From the NCBI GenBank assembly GCA_965209055.1, contig OZ242374.1, positions 4,192,001 to 4,256,000 of the forward strand: a stretch of 64,000 nucleotides of DNA, read 5' to 3'. A program made the translations under genes and the position numbers. Source of the stretch: Acidobacteriota bacterium (GTDB lineage: Bacteria; Acidobacteriota; UBA6911; RPQK01; JAJDTT01). Numbering within the stretch: position 1 is the stretch's first letter; the number at the start of each line of letters is the position of its first letter. Under the pieces are notes generated by a model. The model worked only from the letters and a program-made list of their open reading frames with translations, was not told where the DNA came from and did not search any database. Shown here in pieces: positions 11,244-21,766 of the stretch.

Positions 11244-12026
11244 ATGGCGGCGATACAGACATCAGTAGTCTCCCAGGTTCCTCGGGAAATCGATGCTGTC
11301 GAATGGGATCTCCGGGTCCAGCTCGCGGCGTGCTACCGGATCGTGGACTATTTCGACTGGTGCGAGCTGATCTACGGGCATATCTCGCTTCGTGTGCCCG
11401 GCCCCGAACACCACTTTCTGATCAACCCCTACGGGCTGCGTTACGACGAGATGACGGCTTCCAGCCTGGTGAAGATCGACCTGGACGGGAATCTGGTCGA
11501 GCCGTCCGACTATCCGTTCAACCCGGCCGGGTTCGTCATCCACAGCGCCATTCACCAGCACCGGGAGAATGCCCACTGTGTGATCCACACCCATACCCGG
11601 GCCGGAATGGCCGTGGCGGCGCTGGAATGCGGACTCCTGAACATCAGCATGAACGCCACCAGCTTCTACAACAATATCGGCTACCACGACTACGAGGGCT
11701 CCCAACTGTTCCTGGACGAGCGCAGGAAGCTCGCCGAGGACCTGGGAACGTCGAACGTCATGATCCTGCGCAACCATGGTCTGCTGAGCGTCGGAGCAAC
11801 CGTCCCCGAGGCGTTCCTGCACATCTACCGTCTGGAGCGGGCCTGCCAGGTCCAGCTCGACGCCATGGCCTGCCGGCAGAACCTGGTGATCCCGTCCGAT
11901 TCGGTCGTCGCGCGGTCGGCGGATCAGATGGACGATTTCGCCAAGTGCGCCGCCGACCTGGGCCAACTGGAATTTGACGCCCTGGTCCGGCTCATGGACC
12001 AGAGGGATCCCTCGTTCCGTAACTGA
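11244..12026 (+). CDS. Class II aldolase/adducin family protein
   Basis: GHISLRVPG, FVIHSAIH, HTHT, ILRNHG; AGGAGG RBS. Confidence 0.92.
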   Translation: MAAIQTSVVSQVPREIDAVEWDLRVQLAACYRIVDYFDWCELIYGHISLRVPGPEHHFLINPYGLRYDEMTASSLVKIDLDGNLVEPSDYPFNPAGFVIHSAIHQHRENAHCVIHTHTRAGMAVAALECGLLNISMNATSFYNNIGYHDYEGSQLFLDERRKLAEDLGTSNVMILRNHGLLSVGATVPEAFLHIYRLERACQVQLDAMACRQNLVIPSDSVVARSADQMDDFAKCAADLGQLEFDALVRLMDQRDPSFRN

Positions 12027-12089
12027 GCCCGGCTTCGCCGAATCGATTCGAGCGCGCCGGCCCGAAGGCTCCCGTATGGCAACTGAGCG

Positions 12090-12443
12090 ATGAGATTCCT
12101 GCGGCTCGTCGTGGCCGTAGCCCTGTCAGTCCTCCTGTACGAAAGATTGGCGTCCCTGGATCAGTACGTCGGGCCCCCACTGTACCGGCCGCTGCACTTC
12201 TTGGGATTTCTGATCACCGGAGTTGTGATCTATCTCGTCCTCCTCCCCAAGAAAAAGCGGGTCTGGACCGGGCGGGACTCGGCCTTTGTGGCAGCCAGCG
12301 CGTTCACCGCGGCCGCCGTTTGGATCTACGAGTTCCTTTTCTCGTATCAGGTGAGCCACTTGGGGGGAATCATGATCTACATGATCCCGTTGGCGCTCTT
12401 CATCCTGAGCCGGTGGATCACGACGACGAAAGCCGGCGCCTGA
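12090..12443 (+). CDS. Hypothetical 4-TM membrane protein
   Basis: Four hydrophobic segments; GC3-rich codons; same strand as neighbours. Confidence 0.6.
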   Translation: MRFLRLVVAVALSVLLYERLASLDQYVGPPLYRPLHFLGFLITGVVIYLVLLPKKKRVWTGRDSAFVAASAFTAAAVWIYEFLFSYQVSHLGGIMIYMIPLALFILSRWITTTKAGA

Positions 12444-12519
12444 CGCGCTCGCAATGGAGGGTACGTCAGGAAGAGCCGCTTGGAAGCAGGGCCGGATGAC
12501 GGTATCGAAGGAGGAATCC

Positions 12520-13662
12520 ATGAACCAGGAGAAAATCACCCGCCGCCGGATCCTGGGAGGGCTGGCCACCCTCGCCGTTTCTTCCGGGAGAGTAGAACCC
12601 GCCTGGTCTCTACCGGCTGAAGGATCCCTCAGCGCCGGCCTTTTCAGCGAAGCGGGCAGCCACGCCGAACACTACCTGAAGGGCTTTGCGCAAGCCCGTG
12701 GAGTGGGTCGAGTGGCCGTTTCCGACCCCACGGGGAAGACCTTCGAGCAGGCGAAGCAACTACTGGGCGGGCGTCTGGAAGGAACCTACCGGAGCCATCG
12801 GGAGATGCTGGAGAGAGTTCATCCCAAGCTCGTAGTCGTGACTTTGGAAGGACATCACGCGCCTCCCGCCATCCGATTGGCCTTGGAGGCGAACTGCCAT
12901 GTGATGACAGAGAAGCCGGGCTGTGCCCGGCTGGAAGACTTCGAGCCCCTGGTCGAGCTGGCGCAGTCGCGCGGCCGGGACCTGATGTTGGCCATGGCGA
13001 CCCGAATGAGTCTGGCCGTCAAGAAGGCGCGCGACCTGATCCGATCCGGCTTTCTGGGGAAGCCCTACTCGGCCACCATGGACTGGATCAGCGACCAGAC
13101 GCGGCTGACGCGCCCCGAACATCAGCGCTCCTGGCTCTCCTTCAAGGACAAGGCTGGAGGCGGAAAGCTCATCTACCATGGGATCCACTACTTGGACCTG
13201 ATCCAATTCCTCACCGGAGATCGAATTGACCGGATCACATCCCTCTGCGAGAACGTGGGAGGCCAGCCCATCGAGGTCGAGGATGCGGCAGTCGTCTCCT
13301 TTCGCCTCAGCAAGGGCCTGGTGGGAACCCTCAACGCCGGATACTACTTGGACGAGAGCTACCAGAACCAGATCCGTTTCTGGGGTTCGAAGGGTTGGTT
13401 CCATATGGACCTGCCCTATGGGGAGACCTTGAAATGGTACTCCACGCATCCCGAGGCGCCCCGGGGTGTCCAGTTCTTCCAATATCAGGACGATCCCAAT
13501 CCACCCTACGTGTACGGTCCGCTGGTGCAGGAGGCGGTTGACGCCGCCTTGGGGCTCTCCCCGCCTCCCATGACGGCAGCGGAGTGCCTCCACCTCATGA
13601 GGGTGATTTTCGCTGCCTACCGGGCGGCGGAAACAGGGAAAACCCAGGAGGTGGCGTCGTAA
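12520..13662 (+). CDS. Gfo/Idh/MocA oxidoreductase with Tat signal
   Basis: ITRRRILGG signal; HVMTEKP; GGGKLIYHGIHYLD; AGGAGG RBS before ATG 12520. Confidence 0.9.
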   Translation: MNQEKITRRRILGGLATLAVSSGRVEPAWSLPAEGSLSAGLFSEAGSHAEHYLKGFAQARGVGRVAVSDPTGKTFEQAKQLLGGRLEGTYRSHREMLERVHPKLVVVTLEGHHAPPAIRLALEANCHVMTEKPGCARLEDFEPLVELAQSRGRDLMLAMATRMSLAVKKARDLIRSGFLGKPYSATMDWISDQTRLTRPEHQRSWLSFKDKAGGGKLIYHGIHYLDLIQFLTGDRIDRITSLCENVGGQPIEVEDAAVVSFRLSKGLVGTLNAGYYLDESYQNQIRFWGSKGWFHMDLPYGETLKWYSTHPEAPRGVQFFQYQDDPNPPYVYGPLVQEAVDAALGLSPPPMTAAECLHLMRVIFAAYRAAETGKTQEVAS

Positions 13663-13758
13663 ATGAGAGCCCTGACCGACCTTGTCTACCCTGTTCCGTG
13701 CGACTCGTCTCGGCGCTGATCCGAGCGCCCGCCCCTCAGGACCCGGCCACGCCTGGCG

Positions 13759-15195
13759 TCATGCCAGGATCTCTTTCACCACCCGCCCGTAGACGTCCGT
13801 GAGGCGGAAGTCGCGACCGCTGTAGCGATAGGTCAGCCTCTCGTGGTCGAGGCCCAGAAGGTGGAGGATGGTGGCGTGCAAGTCGTGGATGTGCACCTTC
13901 TGGTCGACGGCCCGGAGGCCGTACTCGTCGGTGACCCCGTGGACCATGCCGCCGCGCACGCCCCCTCCGGCCATCCAGGTGCAGAACCCTTCGGGGTTGT
14001 GGCCCCGCCCGTATTGGGACTTGTCTCCGAAGGAGAAATCCTCGAAGTGGGGGGTTCGCCCGAACTCACCCGACCAGACGAGGAGCGTGTCGTCGAAAAG
14101 TCCCCTGGCCTTGAGGTCCGAGATCAGGCCGGCCGTGGGCTTGTCGATGTTGGCGCACTTCTTGGGGAGGCCCTTGCCGATCGCTTCGTGATGGTCCCAG
14201 CCGCTGGAGGTGATTTGGATGAAACGCACGCCGGCTTCGGCAAAGCGACGCGCCAGCAGGCACTGGCGTCCGAATTCGTCGGTCTCTTTCCGGCCGATGC
14301 CGTAGAGATCGAGCGTGGCCTTGGACTCGGACGACAGGTCGATGAGGTCCGGAGCCTCCGACTGCATTCGAAACGCCAGCTCGAAGGACTGGATGAGTCC
14401 CTCCATCCGGCGGTCGGATCGAACCTGTTGCAGGTGCGCCCGGTTCATCTGTTGAATGAAATCCACCTGATCGCGCTGCAGCTCGACCGGCAGGCTCGGA
14501 TCCTCGATATAGCGAAACACCGCTTTCTCGGCGCCGGTGGCCCGGCTTCCCAGCACCGTTCCCTGGTAGACGGCGGGGAGGAATGAATTCCCGAAAAACT
14601 GGACGTTCCCGGTGTCGCCGACGAGGAGGGGGCAGATGGTGATGAAGCTGGGAAGATTCCGGTTCTCGGTTCCCAGCCCGTACCCGACCCACGATCCCAT
14701 CGACGGACGAATCAGGCGGGGATCACCGGTGTGCAGTTGCCTGGCCGCGGGGGCATGAGCTTCGTTGTCCGCCTGCATGGCCCGGAGAAGACACAGCTCA
14801 TCGGCGTGCTTCGCCATGTGGGGCAACCAATCGGTCATCATCATTCCGGACTGTCCCCGGGGCCGCATCGGGGAGATCGGTCCCATCAGGCGGCTCAAGT
14901 CCATCCCCACCCCATCCGGGATCTCGTAGGGAATGGCTTCTCCACTCTCTTTCGCCAGCCGCGGTTTGTAGTCGAACATGTCGAGTTGGGAGGGGCCGCC
15001 CGCCATCCACATGAAAATCACGCGCTTGGCGCGGGGCGGAACATGCGGAACCTTCGGCGCCAGGGGGCCGGCGGCGGCCGAAGCCTGCTCGGTGCACATG
15101 GCGGCCAGCGCCACGGAGCCGAAGCCGCAGGCGGAGGATTGCAAGAAACGGCGGCGCGTCAAGTTTCGGTGAGGCGGGAGGTTCATGGGGATCAT
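13759..15195 (-). CDS. DUF1501 domain protein
   Basis: TRRRFL, AKRVIFMWMAGGPSQLD, GEFGRTP, DFRLTDVYG. Confidence 0.93.
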   Translation of the reverse strand: MIPMNLPPHRNLTRRRFLQSSACGFGSVALAAMCTEQASAAAGPLAPKVPHVPPRAKRVIFMWMAGGPSQLDMFDYKPRLAKESGEAIPYEIPDGVGMDLSRLMGPISPMRPRGQSGMMMTDWLPHMAKHADELCLLRAMQADNEAHAPAARQLHTGDPRLIRPSMGSWVGYGLGTENRNLPSFITICPLLVGDTGNVQFFGNSFLPAVYQGTVLGSRATGAEKAVFRYIEDPSLPVELQRDQVDFIQQMNRAHLQQVRSDRRMEGLIQSFELAFRMQSEAPDLIDLSSESKATLDLYGIGRKETDEFGRQCLLARRFAEAGVRFIQITSSGWDHHEAIGKGLPKKCANIDKPTAGLISDLKARGLFDDTLLVWSGEFGRTPHFEDFSFGDKSQYGRGHNPEGFCTWMAGGGVRGGMVHGVTDEYGLRAVDQKVHIHDLHATILHLLGLDHERLTYRYSGRDFRLTDVYGRVVKEILA

Positions 15196-17762
15196 CCTCG
15201 AAAAAGGAATTCGTTTGACGCGAACACGGAATGACAGTAGCGCGCCCAGGCTCGCAGGCGCAGATCGTCAGGCGCCCCCGGCAGACGGCCCAGCTTCTCT
15301 TCGAAATTCGCGATGAAATTCAGAGCCTGCTCCACCTCCTGCTTTGTCGCGCGCCGGTTCAAGGCTTGCAGGAAAAAATCGGAGACCCGCGTTTCGTCGT
15401 CCGGCCCCCCGTCCTCCAGGAGGGTGCGGGCCGTCAGCAGAGCCTGCTCCCGGAGGAAGGGTGAATTCAAAAGATAGAGGCTCTGCGTGGGGACAGTGGT
15501 GACCGACCGGGCTCCGATGGTCTGATCGGGATCGGGGAAATCGAAAAGATTCAGCAGGTCGAGCTGCGGGAGTTGATTCTTGCGCACCGACGGCAGGTAG
15601 ATCGTTCGACGATTCAGAATCTCGTCGTTCACCCTGGCGTCCTGAGTCAGAGCCGTCGGGAAACCCAACGCGATACTTTCGGGGATATCCAGGGGCAGGG
15701 TAGGGCCTCCCCGGGTGCGGTCCAGTGCTCCGCTGATGGCCAGGACGGCATCACGATAGGATTCCGCCTCCAGCCGGCGCCGATTGGCCCGCCACAGCAG
15801 GCGGTTGTCCGGGTCAACCTCGTGGCCTTTCAGATTGTGACTGCTGGCCTGGCGGTAGGTCCGCGTGAGAACGATCTCCCGGATCATCCCCTTGACGGAC
15901 CATCCCAGCTCGACAAAGCGGGAGGCGAGGTGGTCGAGCAGTTCCGGATGGCTGGGAGGCTCTCCGCCGGCACCGAAGTTGTCGACCGTACGGACCAGGC
16001 CGGCGCCGAAAAGATGATGCCAGATCCGGTTGACCATGACTCTGGCCAGCAGGCGGTTCTGCGGGTCGATGAGCCACTCGGCCAACTCCAGGCGGCCGCT
16101 CGATTTCTGGAAACCCTCGTAGAGCCCTTTCAGATTTCGATGGCTGTCGATGCGGCCGGCCTTGGCGGGCGAAGCGACTGAGAGAAACGCCCTGGGAACC
16201 TCTTCGCCGAGATTGTGCGGGTCCCCGCCGATGTTGACGCGACAGTCTTTGGGGACCGGCCGATCCTGGACGGCAATGGCCATCGGCGGACCGGGACGGC
16301 GGAACTCCAGCAGTCTGATCCGGTCCTTCGCTTCCTTGAGCTTCTTGTCGATTTCCTTGATTTCTTTTTCGAGTTCCTCCTTGGCTTCGGTTCCTGCCTC
16401 TTCGAGCGCTTTCTGCCGGTCGGTCAGGCGCTTCTTTTCAGTTTCGACGGCTTCATATTCCCTCAGGAACCTGTCCAGAGCCCCCTGATATTCCTCCGTG
16501 GCGAGGGCGCGCTTCCTCATCTCGGACGGGGTCTCCGGCAGCAACACCCGGTTGACGTCGCTGAAGCCGCCGCTCATGCGGCCGTTGAGCGTTCGAGTGC
16601 TGCGGAAGATTCCCGCCAATGCGTAGTACTCGCGGGTGGGGATGGGATCGAATTTGTGATCGTGGCAGCGGGCGCAACCGAGGGTCAAGCCTTGAAGGGC
16701 CCGGCCCAGGGTGTCGAGTTGTTGGTCCACGACATCCATGCGGAGTTTTTCTTTGTCGGAATCCACCACGGCCCAAGGCCCGATGGCCAGGAAACCCGTG
16801 GCCACGAGTTGCTCCCGGCGCTGGTCGTCGGTCTTCCAGGGGAGGACGTCGCCTGAGATCTGCTCTTGGACGAAGCGGTCGTAACGCTTGTCGGAATTGA
16901 AGGCGTTGATAACGTAGTCGCGATATCTCCAGGCCTCCCTTGCCGGAATGCGGCGGCCCTGGCCCAGACTGTCGGCGTAGCTGGTCAGATCGAGCCAGTG
17001 CCGACCCCAGCGCTCGCCGAATCCGGGGGATCTTAGAAGGCGGTCGATGACCTTTTCGAAGGCGAGTCCGGAATCGTCCGTGGCGAAGGACTCCATGTCT
17101 TCGGGTTCCGGAGGGAGACCGGTGAGGTCGAAGTAAACCCGCCGTAAGAGCGTGTACCAGTCAGCCTCGGAAGAGGGGCTCAGATCCTCGGCCTCCAGTT
17201 TCTGAAGAATGAAGTTGTCGATAGGATCGGCGGGCCAGAATTTGTCCCGGACCGGGGGAGGGAACACCTTCTGCACCGGCTTCCAGGCCCAGTGGCTATG
17301 ACTGGCGGCCAAGTTGGCTTGCTCGGCGGGGCCCTTGTCTCCAACAGTCTTCTCCAGATCCGTCCAGGGTGCGCCCATCTCGACCCATTGGACCAACACA
17401 TGGATCTGGTCCTCCGACAACCTACCAGCCGGAGGCATTTCGAGGTTCTCGTAACGGACAGCCTGAATGAGCTGGCTTGCGTCCGGGTCACCGGGGACGA
17501 TTGCCGGACCTCGAGTGCCTCCATCGAGCAAGGCGTCCCGGCCATCCACCCGCAAGTTCGAGTACAGAACCTTAGCCTGTTCGCTGTGGCACTGGTAGCA
17601 GTTTCTTGCCAACAGCGGCCTGACTTTGGATTCGAAGAAATCAGTCTGTTCGGTTGTGGGCGGGGCTCCGAGCAGAGCACCGCCGGTGAGCAAAAAGATC
17701 CCTAGCCTAGCTGAGAAACTCCGCAAGCTCGGGTGAGAGATGTCTCGTAGGCAGGGGCTCAC
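15192..17762 (-). CDS. PSD1/planctomycete cytochrome c protein (DUF1549/DUF1553)
   Basis: CYQCH, CARCHDHKFDP, FGERWGRHWLD, PSHPELLDHLA; 4-bp overlap with the DUF1501 gene. Confidence 0.92.
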   Translation of the reverse strand: MSPCLRDISHPSLRSFSARLGIFLLTGGALLGAPPTTEQTDFFESKVRPLLARNCYQCHSEQAKVLYSNLRVDGRDALLDGGTRGPAIVPGDPDASQLIQAVRYENLEMPPAGRLSEDQIHVLVQWVEMGAPWTDLEKTVGDKGPAEQANLAASHSHWAWKPVQKVFPPPVRDKFWPADPIDNFILQKLEAEDLSPSSEADWYTLLRRVYFDLTGLPPEPEDMESFATDDSGLAFEKVIDRLLRSPGFGERWGRHWLDLTSYADSLGQGRRIPAREAWRYRDYVINAFNSDKRYDRFVQEQISGDVLPWKTDDQRREQLVATGFLAIGPWAVVDSDKEKLRMDVVDQQLDTLGRALQGLTLGCARCHDHKFDPIPTREYYALAGIFRSTRTLNGRMSGGFSDVNRVLLPETPSEMRKRALATEEYQGALDRFLREYEAVETEKKRLTDRQKALEEAGTEAKEELEKEIKEIDKKLKEAKDRIRLLEFRRPGPPMAIAVQDRPVPKDCRVNIGGDPHNLGEEVPRAFLSVASPAKAGRIDSHRNLKGLYEGFQKSSGRLELAEWLIDPQNRLLARVMVNRIWHHLFGAGLVRTVDNFGAGGEPPSHPELLDHLASRFVELGWSVKGMIREIVLTRTYRQASSHNLKGHEVDPDNRLLWRANRRRLEAESYRDAVLAISGALDRTRGGPTLPLDIPESIALGFPTALTQDARVNDEILNRRTIYLPSVRKNQLPQLDLLNLFDFPDPDQTIGARSVTTVPTQSLYLLNSPFLREQALLTARTLLEDGGPDDETRVSDFFLQALNRRATKQEVEQALNFIANFEEKLGRLPGAPDDLRLRAWARYCHSVFASNEFLFRG

Positions 17763-18046
17763 CTGAAATCACCTCCCGGAGTCTGTCCGGCAAGGCTGGG
17801 ATAAGCAGAAAAGGCAATGCACGGTAGATGACTGTGGAAATACTACCTTGAACGCCGGATTCCGACAACTGCTTGTGTACTAAGGACATCCGACCATCCA
17901 AGTGTTGATTTGAACAATATGGGTCTTGCTCGAACCGATTTGATGCCCTGCCGACCGGCGTCGGGAATCGAGCCGAATCAAGTTTTCAGCTCCGAGCAAC
18001 GGCGAGGGGATGTTGGTCGCTGGCCTTGGCCTACGGGTTCAGACGG

Positions 18047-18376
18047 CTACCTTCTCTTCGATGCTTGCTCAAACCCGTTCGACGACCGGCCGGGCGAAGG
18101 GTTCCCGACCACACGTGTCGGATCACCGAAAGAGACAATTCTCTTGGCAAAGCTGCATGTGTGGTAGCCGCAGAAAACCAGGACGGTCCATCCGTACAAA
18201 TGTTCTCCACTCACATCAAGGCCCAACATACTCTTTATGCCGCATTTGGGGCACTGGGCATTCCAGTACTCCCGTGCCACGTCGCGAAACCACTCGGCGT
18301 CCGCTCTATGGTCAATACTCCACGACTGTGACTCGTCCAGACCCTTGCCCTCCACCGTCCAGACACGCCGGGACAT
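18047..18376 (-). CDS. Possible small Zn-ribbon hypothetical protein
   Basis: CPKC...CGYHTC pattern in a lower-GC stretch; no recognisable family. Confidence 0.3.
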   Translation of the reverse strand: MSRRVWTVEGKGLDESQSWSIDHRADAEWFRDVAREYWNAQCPKCGIKSMLGLDVSGEHLYGWTVLVFCGYHTCSFAKRIVSFGDPTRVVGNPSPGRSSNGFEQASKRR

Positions 18377-18544
18377 GATCTTCACACTAACTCTTTCCAC
18401 CTCTAATCCCACCTTCGTCCCTCCTCTTGATGCTTCTCCTTCGCGGCCATCTCGTAATCGATTGTGATTGGACTGTTTTCGCAGGAATGGAGACACCACT
18501 GCATCCAAACGCGCCTTCCCACTCTCGTTCCACGCCCTTGCGAC

Positions 18545-18770
18545 ACTGCGATGATCGGCAAGGACTGCACCGCCTTTCGTTTCGACCACGCAGTGCGCCC
18601 GCACGGACCCGTCGGCAACGACCAGAATAGACCCGTCCGGGTTGGCGTGGTTCAGGGCGGCCGGGCCGCGACCTTCTCGGAAGGGTTGGTGTAAACGCTG
18701 ACCGCGGCGTTCTTCGCGAGCCGATCGGCGAGACCGGCGTCGACGGCAGACTCGTTGACGACCGGGGCAG
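18545..18770 (-). pseudogene. Degenerate type III restriction (Res) endonuclease C-terminal fragment
   Basis: Two frames read ...LADRLAKNAAVSVYT and ...NPDGSILVVADGSVRAHCVVETKGG, resembling the Res C-terminus (LEKNEAVKVYAK...YNPDWAVL...YFVVETKG). Confidence 0.55.
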
Positions 18771-20384
18771 CTAAAGCGAGTTGAGAAACGCCAACAGGGC
18801 ATCCAGTTCGCGCTTGGACAGTTCCTCTACGAACAGGCGCGACTCTTCCGCTTCTCCCCCGTGCCACATGATCGCTTCGAGCAGGTTTCTGGCACGGCCG
18901 TCGTGCAGAAACGAGGTGTGACCGTTCACGACCTTGGTCAGGCCGATGCCCCACAGCGGAGGCGTTCGCCATTCGCTGCCGGTTGCCAGGAAATCCGGCC
19001 GGAAATCGGCCAGTCCCGGCCCCATATCGTGCAACAACATGTCGGTATAAGGACGGATCACCTGGTTGGCCAGCTCGGCGATGGGGAATTCGCCGGTCTT
19101 CAGCGCCGGAACGTGGCAGCCGTGGCAATTGGCCTGGGCAAATATCATCTGTCCCAGTTGGACGTCCGGCGACTCGACGTTGCGCCTGGCCGGAACGGCC
19201 AACGTCTGGATGTAGAAGGTCGCGTCCCCGAGAATGTCCTCGTCGATTTCGGGATCGTCGTCCAACAGGTCGTCCTGGACCTGTCCCGTGGAGCTCTCTT
19301 CAACGAAAATCGGAGAGGTGACGCCGATGTCGTTATGGTACGCCGTCGCCGTTTGCAACCGTAAATTGGGAATGTTCGCCTTCAGCCCGAAACGTCCGAG
19401 CGCTGTCTCTTCCTGCTCTGCGTCCCAAACATAATTGGCCCGTCCTGAAATCCCGTCGCCGTCCGCATCCTCCTCGTCGGCCATCTCCAGGATCGTGTGT
19501 GCCGGTATCGCCTCGAGCAGCCCCCGGCCGAAAACAGGTGGTCCGATCCGAGGGGAGAACAACGTCTCATCCGGCAAATCGTTGAAGGTTTCCACGATGT
19601 GGGAGGGTGTCCGCAAACTCACCTCCACGCCGCTTCCCGGCAATGTGACCGTCTCTTCCTCATAAGTAACGGTCACTGTCCCGTGCGGGTCCGTCCCGAA
19701 GTTAGCCTTCGTGAACAGTTGCGTGCCGAATTCCGGAACCGGAACCGGACCGCCCGTAAGGGGATCGGTCCCGGGCAGGCTCAGACGGAGAAACATGGTG
19801 TCCATTTCCTCGCCGTCCCCGGGCGCGGCGTCTCGCCCGTCCTTCGGGTGACAGTTCTCGCAGGCGGAATGATTGAAGATGGGACCCAACCCGGAATTCA
19901 CCGCCGCCGGGGCCGTGACGAAGATGGCCCCGAAATCCTTGTCACCCTCCCGGTGACGCTTTGCCCCCTCCGGCGACAAGTTCGGCGCCGGCGTAGAGAA
20001 AGAGTTGCTGGTGCGAGTGAAGGTCGTCGTTTCACCGCCCGAGACGGCAGGGTCCAATTCGGCCACGACGATATTCGAGACCGCGTTGAGATGCACATGC
20101 TCCCGGTAGGGGAGAACAGCCATCACATAGCTGTCCAGATCGCCCAACTCCAACGAATGGCTGCGCTGCAGGCCGAGATCGACACCGCGGGCGGGCTGAA
20201 ACTCCGGAAATGGAGCGTAGACGAAGATATAACCTTCGGCCCAGCTCACGGCCGTCCATTCGACCGTGATCGTTGATCCGTCTTGGGAATACGTGAGGAC
20301 AGGTGAGTCGGTCATGGTGAGCCCTACAGTGGCGCTCACCACGACCAAAATTGAGAAAATCGCTATGCAGAGAACGAATTTCAT
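18771..20384 (-). CDS. Di-heme oxidoreductase (DUF1111/DHOR) with extra N-terminal FN3-like domain
   Basis: GLGPIFNHSACENCH, CHGCH, PYTDMLLHDMG, EWRTPPLWGIG, LHDGRARNLLEAIMWHGGE. Confidence 0.92.
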   Translation of the reverse strand: MKFVLCIAIFSILVVVSATVGLTMTDSPVLTYSQDGSTITVEWTAVSWAEGYIFVYAPFPEFQPARGVDLGLQRSHSLELGDLDSYVMAVLPYREHVHLNAVSNIVVAELDPAVSGGETTTFTRTSNSFSTPAPNLSPEGAKRHREGDKDFGAIFVTAPAAVNSGLGPIFNHSACENCHPKDGRDAAPGDGEEMDTMFLRLSLPGTDPLTGGPVPVPEFGTQLFTKANFGTDPHGTVTVTYEEETVTLPGSGVEVSLRTPSHIVETFNDLPDETLFSPRIGPPVFGRGLLEAIPAHTILEMADEEDADGDGISGRANYVWDAEQEETALGRFGLKANIPNLRLQTATAYHNDIGVTSPIFVEESSTGQVQDDLLDDDPEIDEDILGDATFYIQTLAVPARRNVESPDVQLGQMIFAQANCHGCHVPALKTGEFPIAELANQVIRPYTDMLLHDMGPGLADFRPDFLATGSEWRTPPLWGIGLTKVVNGHTSFLHDGRARNLLEAIMWHGGEAEESRLFVEELSKRELDALLAFLNSL

Positions 20385-20419
20385 CGTCAGATAGCGATAC
20401 CTGATGGTTCTCGGTGGAA

Positions 20420-21739
20420 CTACTCGCCCCTCACGTGGTCGAGCAGATCTCCCTCAATCAGTTCCTGCAACGAGCGAACGGCTTCCTGCGCGATTTCGAC
20501 CTGAGCGCGTCCTTCGTCTGTCCCGATCGCGTCCCTGAAGGGATATGGGATCTTCTCAATCTCGCTGATCGCCATCGTGATCTTATCACGCATCTCCTGA
20601 TCCAATTCGGTGTTGGTCCGTTTCACGAGATCGTCCAACCCAGGACCGTCGTGGCGCTGGTAGCGGCCGATGTAGACGTTTTCGACGCCCCTGATATTGT
20701 CGGCAAAGTCCATGATCGAGTTGTAGCTGAACTGGGATTCCACCAGTTCGGTGTTCCTCTCGTCAAAGGGGTCCGCAATCTTGCCGTTACCGACTTCATC
20801 CGCAATGACAGCCATCCCTTCAACCAACTCCTCGAGAGCTGCGGTTGTGTCGGGGTACTCGGGGTTGTCGACTCCGGTATTGACGAACGTTTCGATAAAA
20901 CCGCCGGCCCGCCAGCCATCGGCCAGAGTCCTGGTGGCAGTCGCCAGGTTCTGGGTTGCCGCCACCAGGTATTCTTTCTGCCTCCCGGTCAGTTCAGACG
21001 GGCTCTTGGCGCTGCCGACGCCGAACAGCAGGTATTCGATGGTGTGAAATCCCTTCAGGGTGTCGTCCAGATTGCCCACGAAGTCCTCGGTGAGAGTGTT
21101 GGCGCTGTTCAGCACCTCATCCAAATCGACGCGATTCACGGGCCAACTGTCGATAGCCGGATCGAGTCCCTCCGTAGCCACCGGGCCGAACAGATACGCT
21201 TCCGTCTGCTCCCAGGCTCGCCTGGAATCGCGCCAAGCCTGTTGGGCCGCCAACAGGTTCTCGTCGGTGGTCCGGAAGCTGACGTTGTAGACCGTCTTGA
21301 GCAAAACCGCGGCGCGTCTCTCCAGTTCGGCATAGTCGGCTGCGATGACCGTGTTGGCCACGTTGGTGATGATTTCCGCGTCAGTGGCGTTGGCATCGGC
21401 GGCGTCCACAGACGTCGCGAGGAAAATTTCGATGTTCGACCAATCGCTTTCCTCGTCGCCATTAAACGCAGTGACAGCAGTATAAAAATGCGCCCCCTCC
21501 GTCTGGGTGGTCGCGACTGTTGTGGTATCGGTATCAAAGTCCACGTAGCTGACCGGATCGGAGCCGCTGGGCACCGGCGCGTAGTAGACCCGGTACTTGG
21601 TTGCCCCGATGACGTCGTCCCAATACAGAGTCACCTTCAAACCCTCCTGGGTGACCGACAGCACCGGAGGACGGATCTGAGCCTGGGACCATGAACTGCA
21701 AAGCAGGGCCAGGCTTGCTACCAAAATTACTCGTCTCAT
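20420..21739 (-). CDS. Imelysin (IrpA/peptidase M75-like) iron-regulated protein with N-terminal FN3-like domain
   Basis: AWEQTEAYLFGP, IDSWP, KGFHTIEYLLF (GxHxxE), ESQFSYNS. Confidence 0.92.
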   Translation of the reverse strand: MRRVILVASLALLCSSWSQAQIRPPVLSVTQEGLKVTLYWDDVIGATKYRVYYAPVPSGSDPVSYVDFDTDTTTVATTQTEGAHFYTAVTAFNGDEESDWSNIEIFLATSVDAADANATDAEIITNVANTVIAADYAELERRAAVLLKTVYNVSFRTTDENLLAAQQAWRDSRRAWEQTEAYLFGPVATEGLDPAIDSWPVNRVDLDEVLNSANTLTEDFVGNLDDTLKGFHTIEYLLFGVGSAKSPSELTGRQKEYLVAATQNLATATRTLADGWRAGGFIETFVNTGVDNPEYPDTTAALEELVEGMAVIADEVGNGKIADPFDERNTELVESQFSYNSIMDFADNIRGVENVYIGRYQRHDGPGLDDLVKRTNTELDQEMRDKITMAISEIEKIPYPFRDAIGTDEGRAQVEIAQEAVRSLQELIEGDLLDHVRGE

Positions 21740-21766
21740 TTCTGATTTCTCCTTTCGATTGATCGA

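Noticed and set aside
2732-17762. Two DUF1501 + DUF1549/DUF1553 pairs as a novel system
   Set aside because: This pairing is a known, highly expanded feature of Planctomycetes, Verrucomicrobia and Acidobacteria.
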